Shown one piece after another: positions 9,220-19,143 of a stretch of DNA of 31,647 bases; position 1 is the first letter of the stretch; each line of letters starts with the position of its first letter. The translations under genes and the position numbers were made by a program. The stretch is from Gemmatimonadota bacterium (GTDB taxonomy: Bacteria > Gemmatimonadota > Gemmatimonadetes > Palauibacterales > Palauibacteraceae): NCBI GenBank assembly GCA_046758745.1, contig JBHIAV010000033.1, positions 1-31,647 of the forward strand, given 5' to 3'. Under the pieces are notes generated by a model that saw only the letters and a list, made by a program, of their open reading frames with translations, searched no databases and was not told where the DNA came from.

Positions 9220-10161
9220 ATGACCTCATCCCACTGGATCGTACAGCTGCTGCCGACCGGAACGGGACGGGTGCGTAGCTTCCGCGTGCCTCGGCGTTTC
9301 TTCGGGATCGCGGGCCTCGTCTCCCTCGTCCTGCTGGCTGTCTGCCTCACCCTGCTCGTGCGGCTCGCCAGCGATGCCAGCCGCGAGGTCGAGCTGGTAC
9401 GGCTGCGGGTGGAGAACCGGCACCTCACCGGAAACCTGGCGGAAGTGGAGAGCCGGCTCGCCTCCCTCTCCGAGGCGGTCGACGAGCTGTCCGAGAAGAA
9501 CCGCCGCTTTCGGCTGCTGGCCGGGCTTCCGCATCTGGAGCCGGAGATCCTGGCGGTGGGCATCGGCGGCCCGGACGGGACATCCGGGGAGCCTGACCGG
9601 CTCCTCGAGCTCTCTCCGGACCTCGCGGGACGCACCTTCGCGGCGACGTACGACGTCAACAAGCTGCTGCGCCGCGCCGATCTCCTGAACGCGAGCTTCT
9701 CGGAGGCGCTCGACTCCCTGGCCGTACACCGGGACGTCTTCCTCGCGCGGCCTTCCATCCGTCCCGTGCGGAGCACCGAGGCGTGGATCAGCTCGAGCTT
9801 CAGCCGGAGCCGCTATCACCCGCTCCTGCTGCACAACCGTCCCCACGAAGGGATCGACATCGCGGCCCACGCCGGAACGCCGATCCTCGCGACGGCGAAG
9901 GGGAAGGTGGTCTACACCGGCCGTAAGCCCGGGTACGGGAAGCTCATAGAGATCGACCACGGGTTTGGCTATCGGACCCGCTACGCCCACGCCGCCCGCA
10001 TCACCGTGAGACGGGGGCAGCGCGTGGAGCGCGGCCAGGAGATCGGCGAGGTCGGGCAGACAGGGCTGGCGAGCGCGCCGAACCTGCACTACGAGGTGCT
10101 GGTCCACGACCGCCCGGTGAATCCGCGGGAGTTCCTCCTCGACGAGAAGATCCTGGAGTAG
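9220..10161 (+). CDS. M23-family metallopeptidase (peptidoglycan endopeptidase) with N-terminal TM and coiled coil
   Basis: HxxxD (HEGID), YAH and HxH-like NLHYEV motifs; N-terminal hydrophobic anchor; GIGG linker. Confidence 0.92.
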   Translation: MTSSHWIVQLLPTGTGRVRSFRVPRRFFGIAGLVSLVLLAVCLTLLVRLASDASREVELVRLRVENRHLTGNLAEVESRLASLSEAVDELSEKNRRFRLLAGLPHLEPEILAVGIGGPDGTSGEPDRLLELSPDLAGRTFAATYDVNKLLRRADLLNASFSEALDSLAVHRDVFLARPSIRPVRSTEAWISSSFSRSRYHPLLLHNRPHEGIDIAAHAGTPILATAKGKVVYTGRKPGYGKLIEIDHGFGYRTRYAHAARITVRRGQRVERGQEIGEVGQTGLASAPNLHYEVLVHDRPVNPREFLLDEKILE

Positions 10162-10310
10162 CCGGATCCCCTTCTCTCTCATACATTCCGCCCCCGCGGA
10201 AGCCCGTCCCGATAAGGGTTCCACCCGTGCCGGGGCTCTCCGGCCCGGGCGTGCTAGGTCGCCCGCCGGTCATCGAGCGTGTCCATGGTCCGTCGAACCT
10301 GGAGTGCGGG

Positions 10311-11072
10311 ATGAAGTCGAATAGCGCGTTTCTCGCGGCGGCAGCGTTCTTCGCGTTCTCCCTCTCCGGATGCGGGGGGTCCGACCTCACCGTCCAGGTC
10401 CTACAGGAGGGAGCGCAGGGAGCAGCCACCGGGGTGAAGAACCACGTCGTCTTCTTCATCCCTTTCGACCGCGACTCGCTGTTCGAAGCGCTCGCGGCGC
10501 AGGCTCCCGAGCCGGAGCCGAGGATCCCGGACGACCTGCTCGAAGCGTTCGACCGAATCAGCAACCTACAGGAGGAATGGCGGCAGGCGGATGCGGCGTG
10601 GGCCGAGGTCCGGGACTCGCTGCAGCGACTCTCCGACCGGCTCCGCGGCATGGATCGCCGCAGCCGGCAGTACTTGCAGCTCTTCCGGCGATTCACCGCT
10701 CTGGAGGGTCGGGAGCGCCAGTTGAACCGGCAGAAGCAGCGGGCCTTCGACGCGTTCGACAACCTCCAGAAAGCCGCTCTCACGCGGGCCGATTCCGTTC
10801 GCGCCGTGATCGAATCATGGGAGGATGTAGCTTTCGCTGACTATTCGGACATCGAGGCGGATCTCCTCGAGGCGATGGAGCGGGAGATCTACCAGGACAC
10901 GACCGATGCCGACGGCTACGTGACGCGGCGTCTTCCGGGGGGCGCCTGGTACGTGCACTCGAGGTTGCCGATCCCCTCCGGCGAGCTGTACTGGAACGTT
11001 CGGGTGGACCCGCGTCAGGTCGACACGCTTCGACTGTCGCGCGACAACGGAGAGCCTCGTCCCCGCCTGTGA
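10311..11072 (+). CDS. Hypothetical lipoprotein with central coiled coil
   Basis: Signal MKSNSAFLAAAAFFAFSLSG-C (lipobox); SD GGAG; helical heptad middle; beta-rich C-terminus. Confidence 0.8.
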   Translation: MKSNSAFLAAAAFFAFSLSGCGGSDLTVQVLQEGAQGAATGVKNHVVFFIPFDRDSLFEALAAQAPEPEPRIPDDLLEAFDRISNLQEEWRQADAAWAEVRDSLQRLSDRLRGMDRRSRQYLQLFRRFTALEGRERQLNRQKQRAFDAFDNLQKAALTRADSVRAVIESWEDVAFADYSDIEADLLEAMEREIYQDTTDADGYVTRRLPGGAWYVHSRLPIPSGELYWNVRVDPRQVDTLRLSRDNGEPRPRL

Positions 11073-11110
11073 CGGCGGCGAAGGCGAGCCCCTCCCCTCA
11101 CACTCATCCC

Positions 11111-13273
11111 ATGGACACTCCGCCGCGGACGGAGGCGAAGGCCTTCACCCTAGAGGTCGACCGGAACGAGGTCGCGTGGGTGACCTTCGACCAGCCGGAG
11201 TCGAAGGCCAATCTGCTCTCCTCCGCGACGATGGCCCAGCTCGACCGGCTCCTGTCGGAGCTCGAGTCGAGGATCGCGACCGGTCGCCTCGTGGCCGTGG
11301 TCATCCGGAGCGGGAAGGCCGGACACTTCATCGCGGGGGCCGACGTCCACGAGATCGCGCACCTACGTGACGCCGAGGAAGCCCGGGCCAAGAGCCGCGA
11401 GGGACAGCGGATCTTCCGGCGGCTGGAGCGCCTGCGCGTCCCCACGGTCGCCGCCGTGGATGGGATCTGCGTGGGTGGGGGAACGGAGCTCATCCTAGCC
11501 TGCGGATTTCGCCTCGCCTCGAATCGCGGCTCCACCCGGATCGGCCTCCCCGAGGTGCGCCTCGGGATCCTCCCCGGCTTCGGCGGAAGCGTCCGGCTGC
11601 CCCGCCTCGTCGGGCTGCGTCACGCGCTCGACCTCATCCTGAGCGGGAAGACGATCAGCGCGCAGCGGGCCCTTCGCATCGGGCTGGTGGACCGAGTCGC
11701 CGACCACACCCGCTTCGAGGAAGAGGTGGAGAGCTTCCTGGCCGATGTGCTCTCGGGCGCGCAGCGGCCCGGCGGGAGACGGAGATCCGTCCTCCAGCGA
11801 CTGGTCGAGAGGAGCGCCCTGGGTCGCCGCTTCCTCTTCTCGACGGCCCGGCGGCGCATCGCAGCGCGGTCGGCCGGACACTACCCCGCCCCGCTTCGCG
11901 CCCTGGAGATGATCGAGGAGACGTGCAGCATGTCGCCGGACGCGGCGTTCGAGGTCGAGGCGCGCACCCTCGGCGAGCTGGCGGCCGGAGAGGTATCGCG
12001 CGGCCTGGTGCGCGTCTTCCTCATCTCGCAGGCCGCCCGCCGGGCCCTCCCCATGGAGCAGCTCGATGCGGGAAGGCCGGTGCGGCGGGCCGCGGTGCTC
12101 GGCGCCGGAGTCATGGGCGGCGCCATCGCCGAAGTCGTGGCGGCGACCGATGTCCACGTGGTGTTGAAGGACATCGATCGCATCCCGCTCGATTCCGGCC
12201 TCCGTCACGCGAAGAGCCTGCTGACCCGAGCGGCCAAGAAGCGCGTCTTCACGCCCGAGGAGGCGAAGCGCAAGTTCGAGCTGATCGAGGGCACCCTCTC
12301 GTACGACGGATTCGACGACGTCGATCTGATCGTCGAGGCGGTGGTGGAGCGCATGCCGGTCAAGCAGCAGGTACTGCGGGAGGTCGAGGAGAGGGTGAGC
12401 GAGGCCGCCGTCTTCGCCACGAACACCTCGTCCCTCTCGGTCACCGAGCTCGCCTCGGCTGCCCGGCGCCCGGAGCGGGTGGTCGGCCTCCACTTCTTCA
12501 ACCCCGTCCACAAGATGCCGTTGGTCGAGGTCATCAGGACAGACCAGACCTCCCCCGAGGCGCTCGCCACGGCGTTCAACTTCGTCCTGGCGCTCGGCAA
12601 GACGCCCGTGATCGTGGCGGACCGCCCGGGCTTCCTGGTGAACCGTCTGCTGGCGCCATACCTCAACGAGGCGGGACACCTGGTCAGAGAGGGAAACGGA
12701 GTCGGGGAGATCGACGGCGCGTTCAAAGAGTTCGGCATGCCGATGGGGCCGCTACGGCTGCTCGACGAGATCGGATTCGACATCGCCGAGCATGCCAGCC
12801 GCGAGATGGCGGCGAGCCTGGGCGATCGGGCCCGGCCCTCCGAGGTCGTTCGCAGACTCCGCCAGGACGGCCGGCTCGGAAGAAAAAACGGTCGAGGCTT
12901 CTACCGGTACGAGCGGGGGCGCGAGAAGGAGGTGGACCCGGCGGTCGAGCGCATGTACCCGCGGGACGCCGCGGGCGCCTCGACTCCGGAGGAGATGCGC
13001 CGGCGCTGCCTGTACCTCATGGTCAACGAGGCGGCGTACGCCCTCTCCGAAGCGGTGGTCGCCTCCGCCGACGAGATCGATCTCGCCATGGTCATGGGAA
13101 CGGGGTTCCCGCCCTTCCGGGGTGGACTCCTTCGGTGGGCGGACCAGGAGGGAATCCGCCGGATCGCAGAGGCGCTCGCCGAGCTTGCGGAGCGAATCGA
13201 TCGTCGTTTCATCCCCGCACCGCTGCTCGTTTCGATGGCCGAGCACGGACACACCTTCACGCGTCCGTTCTGA
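11111..13273 (+). CDS. fadJ: Multifunctional fatty-acid oxidation enzyme alpha subunit (enoyl-CoA hydratase plus 3-hydroxyacyl-CoA dehydrogenase)
   Basis: FIAGAD, GGGTE, GLPEVRLG (crotonase); GAGVMG, EAVVE, TNTSSL, HFFNP, GFLVNR (HACDH); alternative GTG start at 11069 overlaps the upstream stop. Confidence 0.9.
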   Translation: MDTPPRTEAKAFTLEVDRNEVAWVTFDQPESKANLLSSATMAQLDRLLSELESRIATGRLVAVVIRSGKAGHFIAGADVHEIAHLRDAEEARAKSREGQRIFRRLERLRVPTVAAVDGICVGGGTELILACGFRLASNRGSTRIGLPEVRLGILPGFGGSVRLPRLVGLRHALDLILSGKTISAQRALRIGLVDRVADHTRFEEEVESFLADVLSGAQRPGGRRRSVLQRLVERSALGRRFLFSTARRRIAARSAGHYPAPLRALEMIEETCSMSPDAAFEVEARTLGELAAGEVSRGLVRVFLISQAARRALPMEQLDAGRPVRRAAVLGAGVMGGAIAEVVAATDVHVVLKDIDRIPLDSGLRHAKSLLTRAAKKRVFTPEEAKRKFELIEGTLSYDGFDDVDLIVEAVVERMPVKQQVLREVEERVSEAAVFATNTSSLSVTELASAARRPERVVGLHFFNPVHKMPLVEVIRTDQTSPEALATAFNFVLALGKTPVIVADRPGFLVNRLLAPYLNEAGHLVREGNGVGEIDGAFKEFGMPMGPLRLLDEIGFDIAEHASREMAASLGDRARPSEVVRRLRQDGRLGRKNGRGFYRYERGREKEVDPAVERMYPRDAAGASTPEEMRRRCLYLMVNEAAYALSEAVVASADEIDLAMVMGTGFPPFRGGLLRWADQEGIRRIAEALAELAERIDRRFIPAPLLVSMAEHGHTFTRPF

Positions 13274-13375
13274 CGCCGGAGAGGTCCTATCCGGCCGCGG
13301 CACGGTCTGCCTGCCTTCCTGCGCTTCGGTTCCACCGCGCGCTTCGGGACGGAGGGCCCCGACGGCTCCCGCGAC

Positions 13376-14365
13376 GTGCCGTTCGTGAACATCGAGTACC
13401 TTCGCCCCCCGGGGAACGTCAGCCGGCACCGGCAGGAGCTCCTGCACGACGGGGACACGGTCAAGGTCACCCTCCAGCCCATCCCGCCGGGCCACGGCCC
13501 TCTCCGCCTCGGCGGCCGATCCGTCCCCGAAGGCGGCGTCGTCCTCTGGTTCACCTTTCCCGGCGAGTGGTACGAGATCGCGGCAGCCTACGACCCCGAA
13601 GGCCGGCTGCTCGGCTGGTACACGAACATCGTTCGACCGCCCGAGATCGCGGCGCTCTCGTGGAGAATCGTCGATCTCTTCGTGGACGTGTGGCAGGATC
13701 CGAGCGGTGATGCCCGCCTTTTGGACCTCGCCGAGCTGGACCGGGCTCGCGAGCGGGGCTGGATCGAGCCGGAGACGGCCGAGCGCGCCGTGGCCGTGGC
13801 TCGCCGGGTCACCGAATCCGCGTCAGCGGGGAGATGGCCCCCGCGCCGGGTGCGCCGGTGGGGGCTGGACGCGGTCCCCTCCCTGCGCTTCCAGCGGGAT
13901 GCCCCCGGGATCTACTTCGCCAACCTCGTCTCCGGCCGCATCATCGCGTTCGGGATCTACACGCTGGGCGCCGTCTCTCTCACCTCTCTCGCGTTCGCGG
14001 CGTTCACGGACGCGTTCGCCGGCGGGCGATCCGGCCAGGCGGTGTGGCTCGTCACCATCGCGCTCGAGGCGGCGGTTTTGCTTCCGTTCGCCCTGTCGGG
14101 CCGGCTGCCGGCCACTCGAATCCCGCGCCCGCGGGAAGCGCTCAGCGAGCGCACGCTCTTCATCGGGACCCTGGTGATGGGCGTGGCCGTCCTCCTCCTG
14201 CACGACAGCTCTCTGTGGCGGGGCGGGCTCCTCGGCGTGTACTCGACGCTGACGCTCTTCCTGCTCGTGTTCGCGGCGTGCCGGGCCGCCTTCGACCGCT
14301 CGACCCCGGTCCTCGCGCTCGCCGGACTGGTCGTGTGCGCCGTGGCCCTCCTCGTGCTGCTGTAG
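13376..14365 (+). CDS. DUF402-domain protein fused to a C-terminal multi-pass membrane domain
   Basis: W-Y-T-N-I, DLFVDV and LLDxxE DUF402-like motifs in the first ~170 aa, then about 5 hydrophobic helices; GTG start. Confidence 0.7.
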   Translation: MPFVNIEYLRPPGNVSRHRQELLHDGDTVKVTLQPIPPGHGPLRLGGRSVPEGGVVLWFTFPGEWYEIAAAYDPEGRLLGWYTNIVRPPEIAALSWRIVDLFVDVWQDPSGDARLLDLAELDRARERGWIEPETAERAVAVARRVTESASAGRWPPRRVRRWGLDAVPSLRFQRDAPGIYFANLVSGRIIAFGIYTLGAVSLTSLAFAAFTDAFAGGRSGQAVWLVTIALEAAVLLPFALSGRLPATRIPRPREALSERTLFIGTLVMGVAVLLLHDSSLWRGGLLGVYSTLTLFLLVFAACRAAFDRSTPVLALAGLVVCAVALLVLL

Positions 14366-14490
14366 CGGCCGGATCCGCGGAGGTCCCGGCCATGGCGGGG
14401 TGCGGTGAGCTCCGGTGCCCGGCCTCGATGGGACGAGAGCGAGAGAACAAGGCTCCCGAAGGCGCCGTCGAGCGACCCGGCCGGTAGGCC

Positions 14491-15732
14491 CTATCTCTGG
14501 ACGCTCGAGACGGGACGCGTCCGGCCGCGGGGGATGGCGATGAGATCGGCCTCCACCCGTGTGTCGTGCCGCTCGGTGGGCGCGTCGGGCGCAATCACCT
14601 CCCCCTCCTGGATCAGGTTGTAGCGGTCGATGATGGCTCGGTGCAGGCGGGCTCCCCTCGAGACGCGGCAGTGGTCCATCACGATCGAGTCCACGATCTC
14701 TGCCCCCTCCTCGATGAGGACGCTGCGGCCGATCACCGACCGCACCACCCGCCCACCCGCCAGCGTACTCCCGACTCCGATCGTCGAGTCCCGCAGAGTC
14801 CCGGTCAGGATTCGGGCGCTCAGCCGCTCGACCGGGACCGAGTGGATCGGCCAGCGCGGGTTGTTCAGGTCGAAGCGAGGCTCGCGTCCCAGGAGGTCCA
14901 TGTGCGCAGACCAGTAGCTCGCCAGTGTGCCCACGTCGCGCCAGTACCCCTGCTCCTCGTACGCGCGCACCGCTGGGATCTCGTTGCACAGGAAGTCGTA
15001 AGCGAAGAGGCGGTAGCGCTCCGCCTCCAGCATGAGGGGAACGATGGTCTTGCCGAAGTCCGGGTCGAGCCCGCGCTCGTTCACCTCCCGAAGGATCTCC
15101 ACGAGCGCGCTCGGCTCGAACAAGTAGTTCCCCATCGACGCGAAGCAGTAACCGGGGCGGCCCGGCATCTCGGGCGGGTCGGGAACCTTCTCCTTCCACG
15201 CGACGATCCGTCCGTCTTCCTCGGTCTGGGCCACCCCGAACCCGCCCGCCTCGCAGCGCGGCACGGGGAGCATGGCAACCGTGAGCTCGGCCTTCCGTTC
15301 CCGGTGGAATTGGATCATCTGGCCCACGTGCATGCGGTAGATGTGGTCGGCACCGAAGACCGCGATCAGATCGGGACGGAAGTCATAGACGAGGTTGAAG
15401 TTCTGGTACACGGCGTCCGCCGTGCCCCGGTACCACTCGCGCCCGATTCGCATCTGGGGCGGCACGACGGTGAGGAAGTCGTCGCTGCTCGGCGTGCTCA
15501 GCCTCCACCCCTCGCGCAGGTGGTCGATCAGGGATTGGGAGCGGTACTGGACCAGCACATAGACCGAATAGATCCCGGAGTTGAGGAAGTTCGAAAGGAC
15601 GAAATCGACGATGCGGTAGTTGCCGCCGAAGGGGACGGCCGGTTTGCTGCGCTCCAGGGTGAGGGGTAGGAGGCGGCGCCCCTCTCCTCCGGCCATGATC
15701 AGACCGAGAACCCGCACGTCGCCGAAGCCCAT
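14491..15732 (-). CDS. glgC: Glucose-1-phosphate adenylyltransferase (ADP-glucose pyrophosphorylase)
   Basis: MAGGEGRRL-x-PLT-x-x-RSKPAVPFGG, WYRGTADAV, DHIYRM, ASMGNY, DFG, YWRDVGT, C-terminal beta-helix; SD GGAG before ATG 15732. Confidence 0.96.
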   Translation of the reverse strand: MGFGDVRVLGLIMAGGEGRRLLPLTLERSKPAVPFGGNYRIVDFVLSNFLNSGIYSVYVLVQYRSQSLIDHLREGWRLSTPSSDDFLTVVPPQMRIGREWYRGTADAVYQNFNLVYDFRPDLIAVFGADHIYRMHVGQMIQFHRERKAELTVAMLPVPRCEAGGFGVAQTEEDGRIVAWKEKVPDPPEMPGRPGYCFASMGNYLFEPSALVEILREVNERGLDPDFGKTIVPLMLEAERYRLFAYDFLCNEIPAVRAYEEQGYWRDVGTLASYWSAHMDLLGREPRFDLNNPRWPIHSVPVERLSARILTGTLRDSTIGVGSTLAGGRVVRSVIGRSVLIEEGAEIVDSIVMDHCRVSRGARLHRAIIDRYNLIQEGEVIAPDAPTERHDTRVEADLIAIPRGRTRPVSSVQR

Positions 15733-15936
15733 GCGTCTCCGCACGCTCGCGTGGTCGGGGAAGCCCCGCCGGGCCCGTCTCGAGACGCCTCCCGGCAGGG
15801 ATGGGCGGGAAACATACCGGCCCCACCGGGCTCCCGCGACCACGGCGCGGCCCGTAGCTTTCGCGCCGTCTCCCGCGGCTCGCGAGGACGTAGAAGCCGA
15901 GCGGGGCAGCTCGAGTCAGAGCAAGGGGTTGAGAAC

Positions 15937-16608
15937 ATGAAGGCCGTCGCCCGGCGGCGCCTCCGCTTTCTGGGCGGGTTCGCCGCGTACTTCGGCGCGC
16001 TGTGGCTCCTATGGGAGACGCCGCTCGTGTATCCCCTCAAGATCTTCGTGGTCTTGCTCCACGAGATCAGCCACGGTGCGGCGGCCATCGCCACCGGCGG
16101 CTCGATCGAGCGCATCGTCCTCACTCCCGATCAGGGCGGCGCGTGCTATTGCGCCGGGGGCAACGCCTTCCTCACCCTCTCGGCGGGATACCTCGGCAGC
16201 CTGGGGTGGGGCGGTCTCATTCTCCTGGCGGGCGAGGCGAAGGCGGTCGTCGCGCGGGCCGCCACGGGGATCGTCGGCACCACGGTCCTCACCCTCACCC
16301 TGCTCTTCGTGCGAAACGGCTTCGGCCTCGTCTTCGGGCTGGCGTTCGGGGCGACCCTGACGGCGTCGGTGCGCTACCTTCCGGCATCCGCGCACTCCAC
16401 GCTTCTCACCGTGCTGGGACTCACGAGCTGTCTCTACGCGATCCTCGACATCAAGAGCGATGTGCTGGACCGGCCGTACCTTCCATCCGACGCCTACATG
16501 CTGGCGGAGCTTACGGGTGTGCCGACGCTGGTGTGGGGAACCATGTGGGTCGCACTGGCCGCCGGGGCGAGCTGGCTGCTTTTCCGGCGGGCTTTCCGTA
16601 GGGCGTAG
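15937..16608 (+). CDS. M50B-like intramembrane metallopeptidase
   Basis: HExxH (HEISH) in a TM segment, AGYLG and SDA motifs, multiple TM helices. Confidence 0.88.
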   Translation: MKAVARRRLRFLGGFAAYFGALWLLWETPLVYPLKIFVVLLHEISHGAAAIATGGSIERIVLTPDQGGACYCAGGNAFLTLSAGYLGSLGWGGLILLAGEAKAVVARAATGIVGTTVLTLTLLFVRNGFGLVFGLAFGATLTASVRYLPASAHSTLLTVLGLTSCLYAILDIKSDVLDRPYLPSDAYMLAELTGVPTLVWGTMWVALAAGASWLLFRRAFRRA

Positions 16609-16616
16609 CGTCCCGC

Positions 16617-17885
16617 CTACACCCTAAGGGACTTCGCCGCCGGACCCACGACCTGGTCCCGCCCGGCAAGCTTCGCCTGGTAGAGACGGTCGTCGGCGCG
16701 CTCCTGGAGGCGGGAGATCTCTGTGCCGTGCTCCGGCCAGCTGGCCACGCCGATGCTGACCGTGACGGGAATCGGATCGCGATATCCGTTCAGGCTGAGC
16801 GGGCTCGCGGCCACCGCGCGCCTCAACAGCTCCGCGGTAGCGACGGCGGTATGGGCCGCCGTCTCGGGCAGGAGCACGACAAACTCCTCGCCGCCGTACC
16901 GGGCGACCACATCTCCCGTGCGCAGGCGACTGCGCAGGGTAGCGGCTACGCTGCGGAGCGCATCATCCCCGCAGACGTGACCGTACGTGTCGTTGAATTG
17001 CTTGAAGTAATCGATGTCGATCATGGCGATCGAGATCGGACGCCCGTAGCGGCGGGCGCGCGCCAGCTCCTCGACAAGGCGCTCGTCGAAGGCTCGGCGG
17101 TTCATAAGGCCGGTGAGCGGATCGGTGGCCGACAGCTGCCGGAGCCGCTGCGCGCCGAGGATCACCACGGTGCTGATGAGACCGGCACACCCGAGGAGGG
17201 CGAGCCTCCCCACCTGCACGCTCCACCGGAGCGAGTCGGCAGGTGGCGCACCGGGCGGACGGGCGGCCGCTTGGAGTGCGGCCGCTGCGATGATCACGAT
17301 GACGAGGTACTGGGCGAACGCCACGAGGCCGGTGAAGGCGCACACGCGGTGGTCGAGGCGGACGCTCGTCGCGGCGATGGCGAGGAAATAGAGCGGGAAG
17401 ACGACGGCGCTGTTCATGGCGGCCAAAGGGTCGCCGATGAGCAGGAAGAGGGCGAGCGCCACGCTCACCATCGACACGTCGAGGAGGCTGGTGAAGAAGC
17501 CGATCCACGGCCGGTAAAGGCTTCGCCTCACTCCGATGAGCGTTGCGATCCCGATGACCGTGGCCGCAGCGGCCAAGCCGAGCCCGCCCTTGACCATGGC
17601 CTGGTCGGGGAACTTGAGCTGCGCGGATAGCGCGAAGAGCAGGAGCCCGGCCAGGATAAGTACACGAATCCGGGCCAGGGTCAGCTCGCCCTCCCCACCG
17701 GCCTGGAGAAGCCGGCTCTCCGGATCCCGCCAGAACATATGGAAGGCGCGGGTCAGCCTGCGGATGAGGCTGTCCCCGGGGGAGACCTCGTCGGTCAGCC
17801 CATCCAGGCCTCCGGCAGATTGCCAAACGCCGGCGTCACCTCCCGAGGCGAACGCGGAGGCGCGTAAGTCTTTTAGCATAGGCAT
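16617..17885 (-). CDS. Membrane-bound diguanylate cyclase (GGDEF domain)
   Basis: About 6 TM helices, then DPLTGLMNRR, DIDYFKQFNDTYGH, I-site RTGD and active-site GGEEF; start uncertain (17891/17885/17879). Confidence 0.93.
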   Translation of the reverse strand: MPMLKDLRASAFASGGDAGVWQSAGGLDGLTDEVSPGDSLIRRLTRAFHMFWRDPESRLLQAGGEGELTLARIRVLILAGLLLFALSAQLKFPDQAMVKGGLGLAAAATVIGIATLIGVRRSLYRPWIGFFTSLLDVSMVSVALALFLLIGDPLAAMNSAVVFPLYFLAIAATSVRLDHRVCAFTGLVAFAQYLVIVIIAAAALQAAARPPGAPPADSLRWSVQVGRLALLGCAGLISTVVILGAQRLRQLSATDPLTGLMNRRAFDERLVEELARARRYGRPISIAMIDIDYFKQFNDTYGHVCGDDALRSVAATLRSRLRTGDVVARYGGEEFVVLLPETAAHTAVATAELLRRAVAASPLSLNGYRDPIPVTVSIGVASWPEHGTEISRLQERADDRLYQAKLAGRDQVVGPAAKSLRV

Positions 17886-17971
17886 CTTCAAGGACGTGGA
17901 CTTCGCCGCTCATCCGTCCCTCACACGCTGAGCAGCAATCCTCATGCCCGGTATCGAGCGTGCGAGATCTC

Positions 17972-18910
17972 TCAGAAGAACGCCCCGGCCGGGCCGGGAA
18001 AGACCACCGGGCTCTCGAACCCCGACGGTGAGACGCTGGCCACGCCGAAGAAGTAGTTGTCGATAACGAGGCTCTCGAGCGTGTGTTCCGTTACGGCACC
18101 CACGTACACGGCCCGCGTGCCCTCGGAGAAGACCCGAGCCGTCGTGTTGTCGGTCACCCCGTTGATCCCGGACGTGTTGCCGATCATGTCGTTGTTGAGG
18201 ACGGCCTCGATCCGCCACGCCCACGCAGCGGCCTCCTCCGCCAGCGCCCTTCCGCCGTACAGCCCTTGCTCCTCACCGGAGAGGGCGGCGAAGACGATGG
18301 ACGCGGCGAAGCGATGGCGGCTTAGCACCCGCGCCGCCTCGAGGACGCCGGCCATACCGGACGCGTTGTCGTTGGCCCCGGGAGAAGGGCTGGTGAAGTC
18401 CATCGGGTCGGAGACGCGTGAATCGATGTCCCCCGACATGATCAGGTGGCGCCCGGGGTCGGCCTCGCCGCGAAGGATCGCAATGACGTTGACGATGGCC
18501 GTCGTGTCGGGGATTCGCGGTTCTCCGGCCACAATCGACCGCTGATAGGAGACATCGAGGCAGCCCCCGCACGCCTCCGAGATGCGGTCGAACTCCGCCT
18601 TTATCCAGCGACGCGCCGCCCCGATCCCACGGCTGTCGGACAGGGTGTCCGAAAGGGTATGGCGCGTTCCGAAACCGACGAGCGTGCGGATGTCGGCCTC
18701 GATCCGCTCGGCCGAGACGGCGGCCGCGATATCGCGGAGGATCGGCTGCTCGGTGGGCGGAACGGCAGACATGGCGGCGCGCCCCGCGGCCGTCTGCGGG
18801 GGGACCGGCGTGGCCTCGGCCCTGTTCGGCCGCGCGGCCAGCGCGAGCGGGAGCGGGAGCAGGGAGACCCCGAGCGCCATGAGCCACCACCGGTGTCGGT
18901 GGAACACCAT
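17972..18910 (-). CDS. Secreted M28-family metallopeptidase with an apparent in-frame internal deletion (probably inactive)
   Basis: SD GGAGG; signal peptide; FGTRHTLS, SGDIDSR, GANDNASG, GEEQGL and NNDMIG; then jumps from RVFSEGTRAV straight to a C-terminal FN3-like tail (YVG...IDNYFFGV); 312 aa. Confidence 0.8.
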   Translation of the reverse strand: MVFHRHRWWLMALGVSLLPLPLALAARPNRAEATPVPPQTAAGRAAMSAVPPTEQPILRDIAAAVSAERIEADIRTLVGFGTRHTLSDTLSDSRGIGAARRWIKAEFDRISEACGGCLDVSYQRSIVAGEPRIPDTTAIVNVIAILRGEADPGRHLIMSGDIDSRVSDPMDFTSPSPGANDNASGMAGVLEAARVLSRHRFAASIVFAALSGEEQGLYGGRALAEEAAAWAWRIEAVLNNDMIGNTSGINGVTDNTTARVFSEGTRAVYVGAVTEHTLESLVIDNYFFGVASVSPSGFESPVVFPGPAGAFF

Positions 18911-19143
18911 GGAAGACCTCCGATTCGGAGTTCGAGACGGCGGCGCGCCCGCCGCGGCGGACGACCGTGAGGTGCCAAGCTCGCTCGAAACGAGACTATC
19001 CGTACGTCGCTCCGGCAAGCTACGCGACGGACGGATCAGGTCGCTATCATGATCCGGATCGCAGATTCGGCAGTCTGGACAGGGTGCGGCCCGGGCCTTC
19101 GCCCCCGGGTCCCGGAAGATCCACAAGCCGGAGGTCGGTAGCC

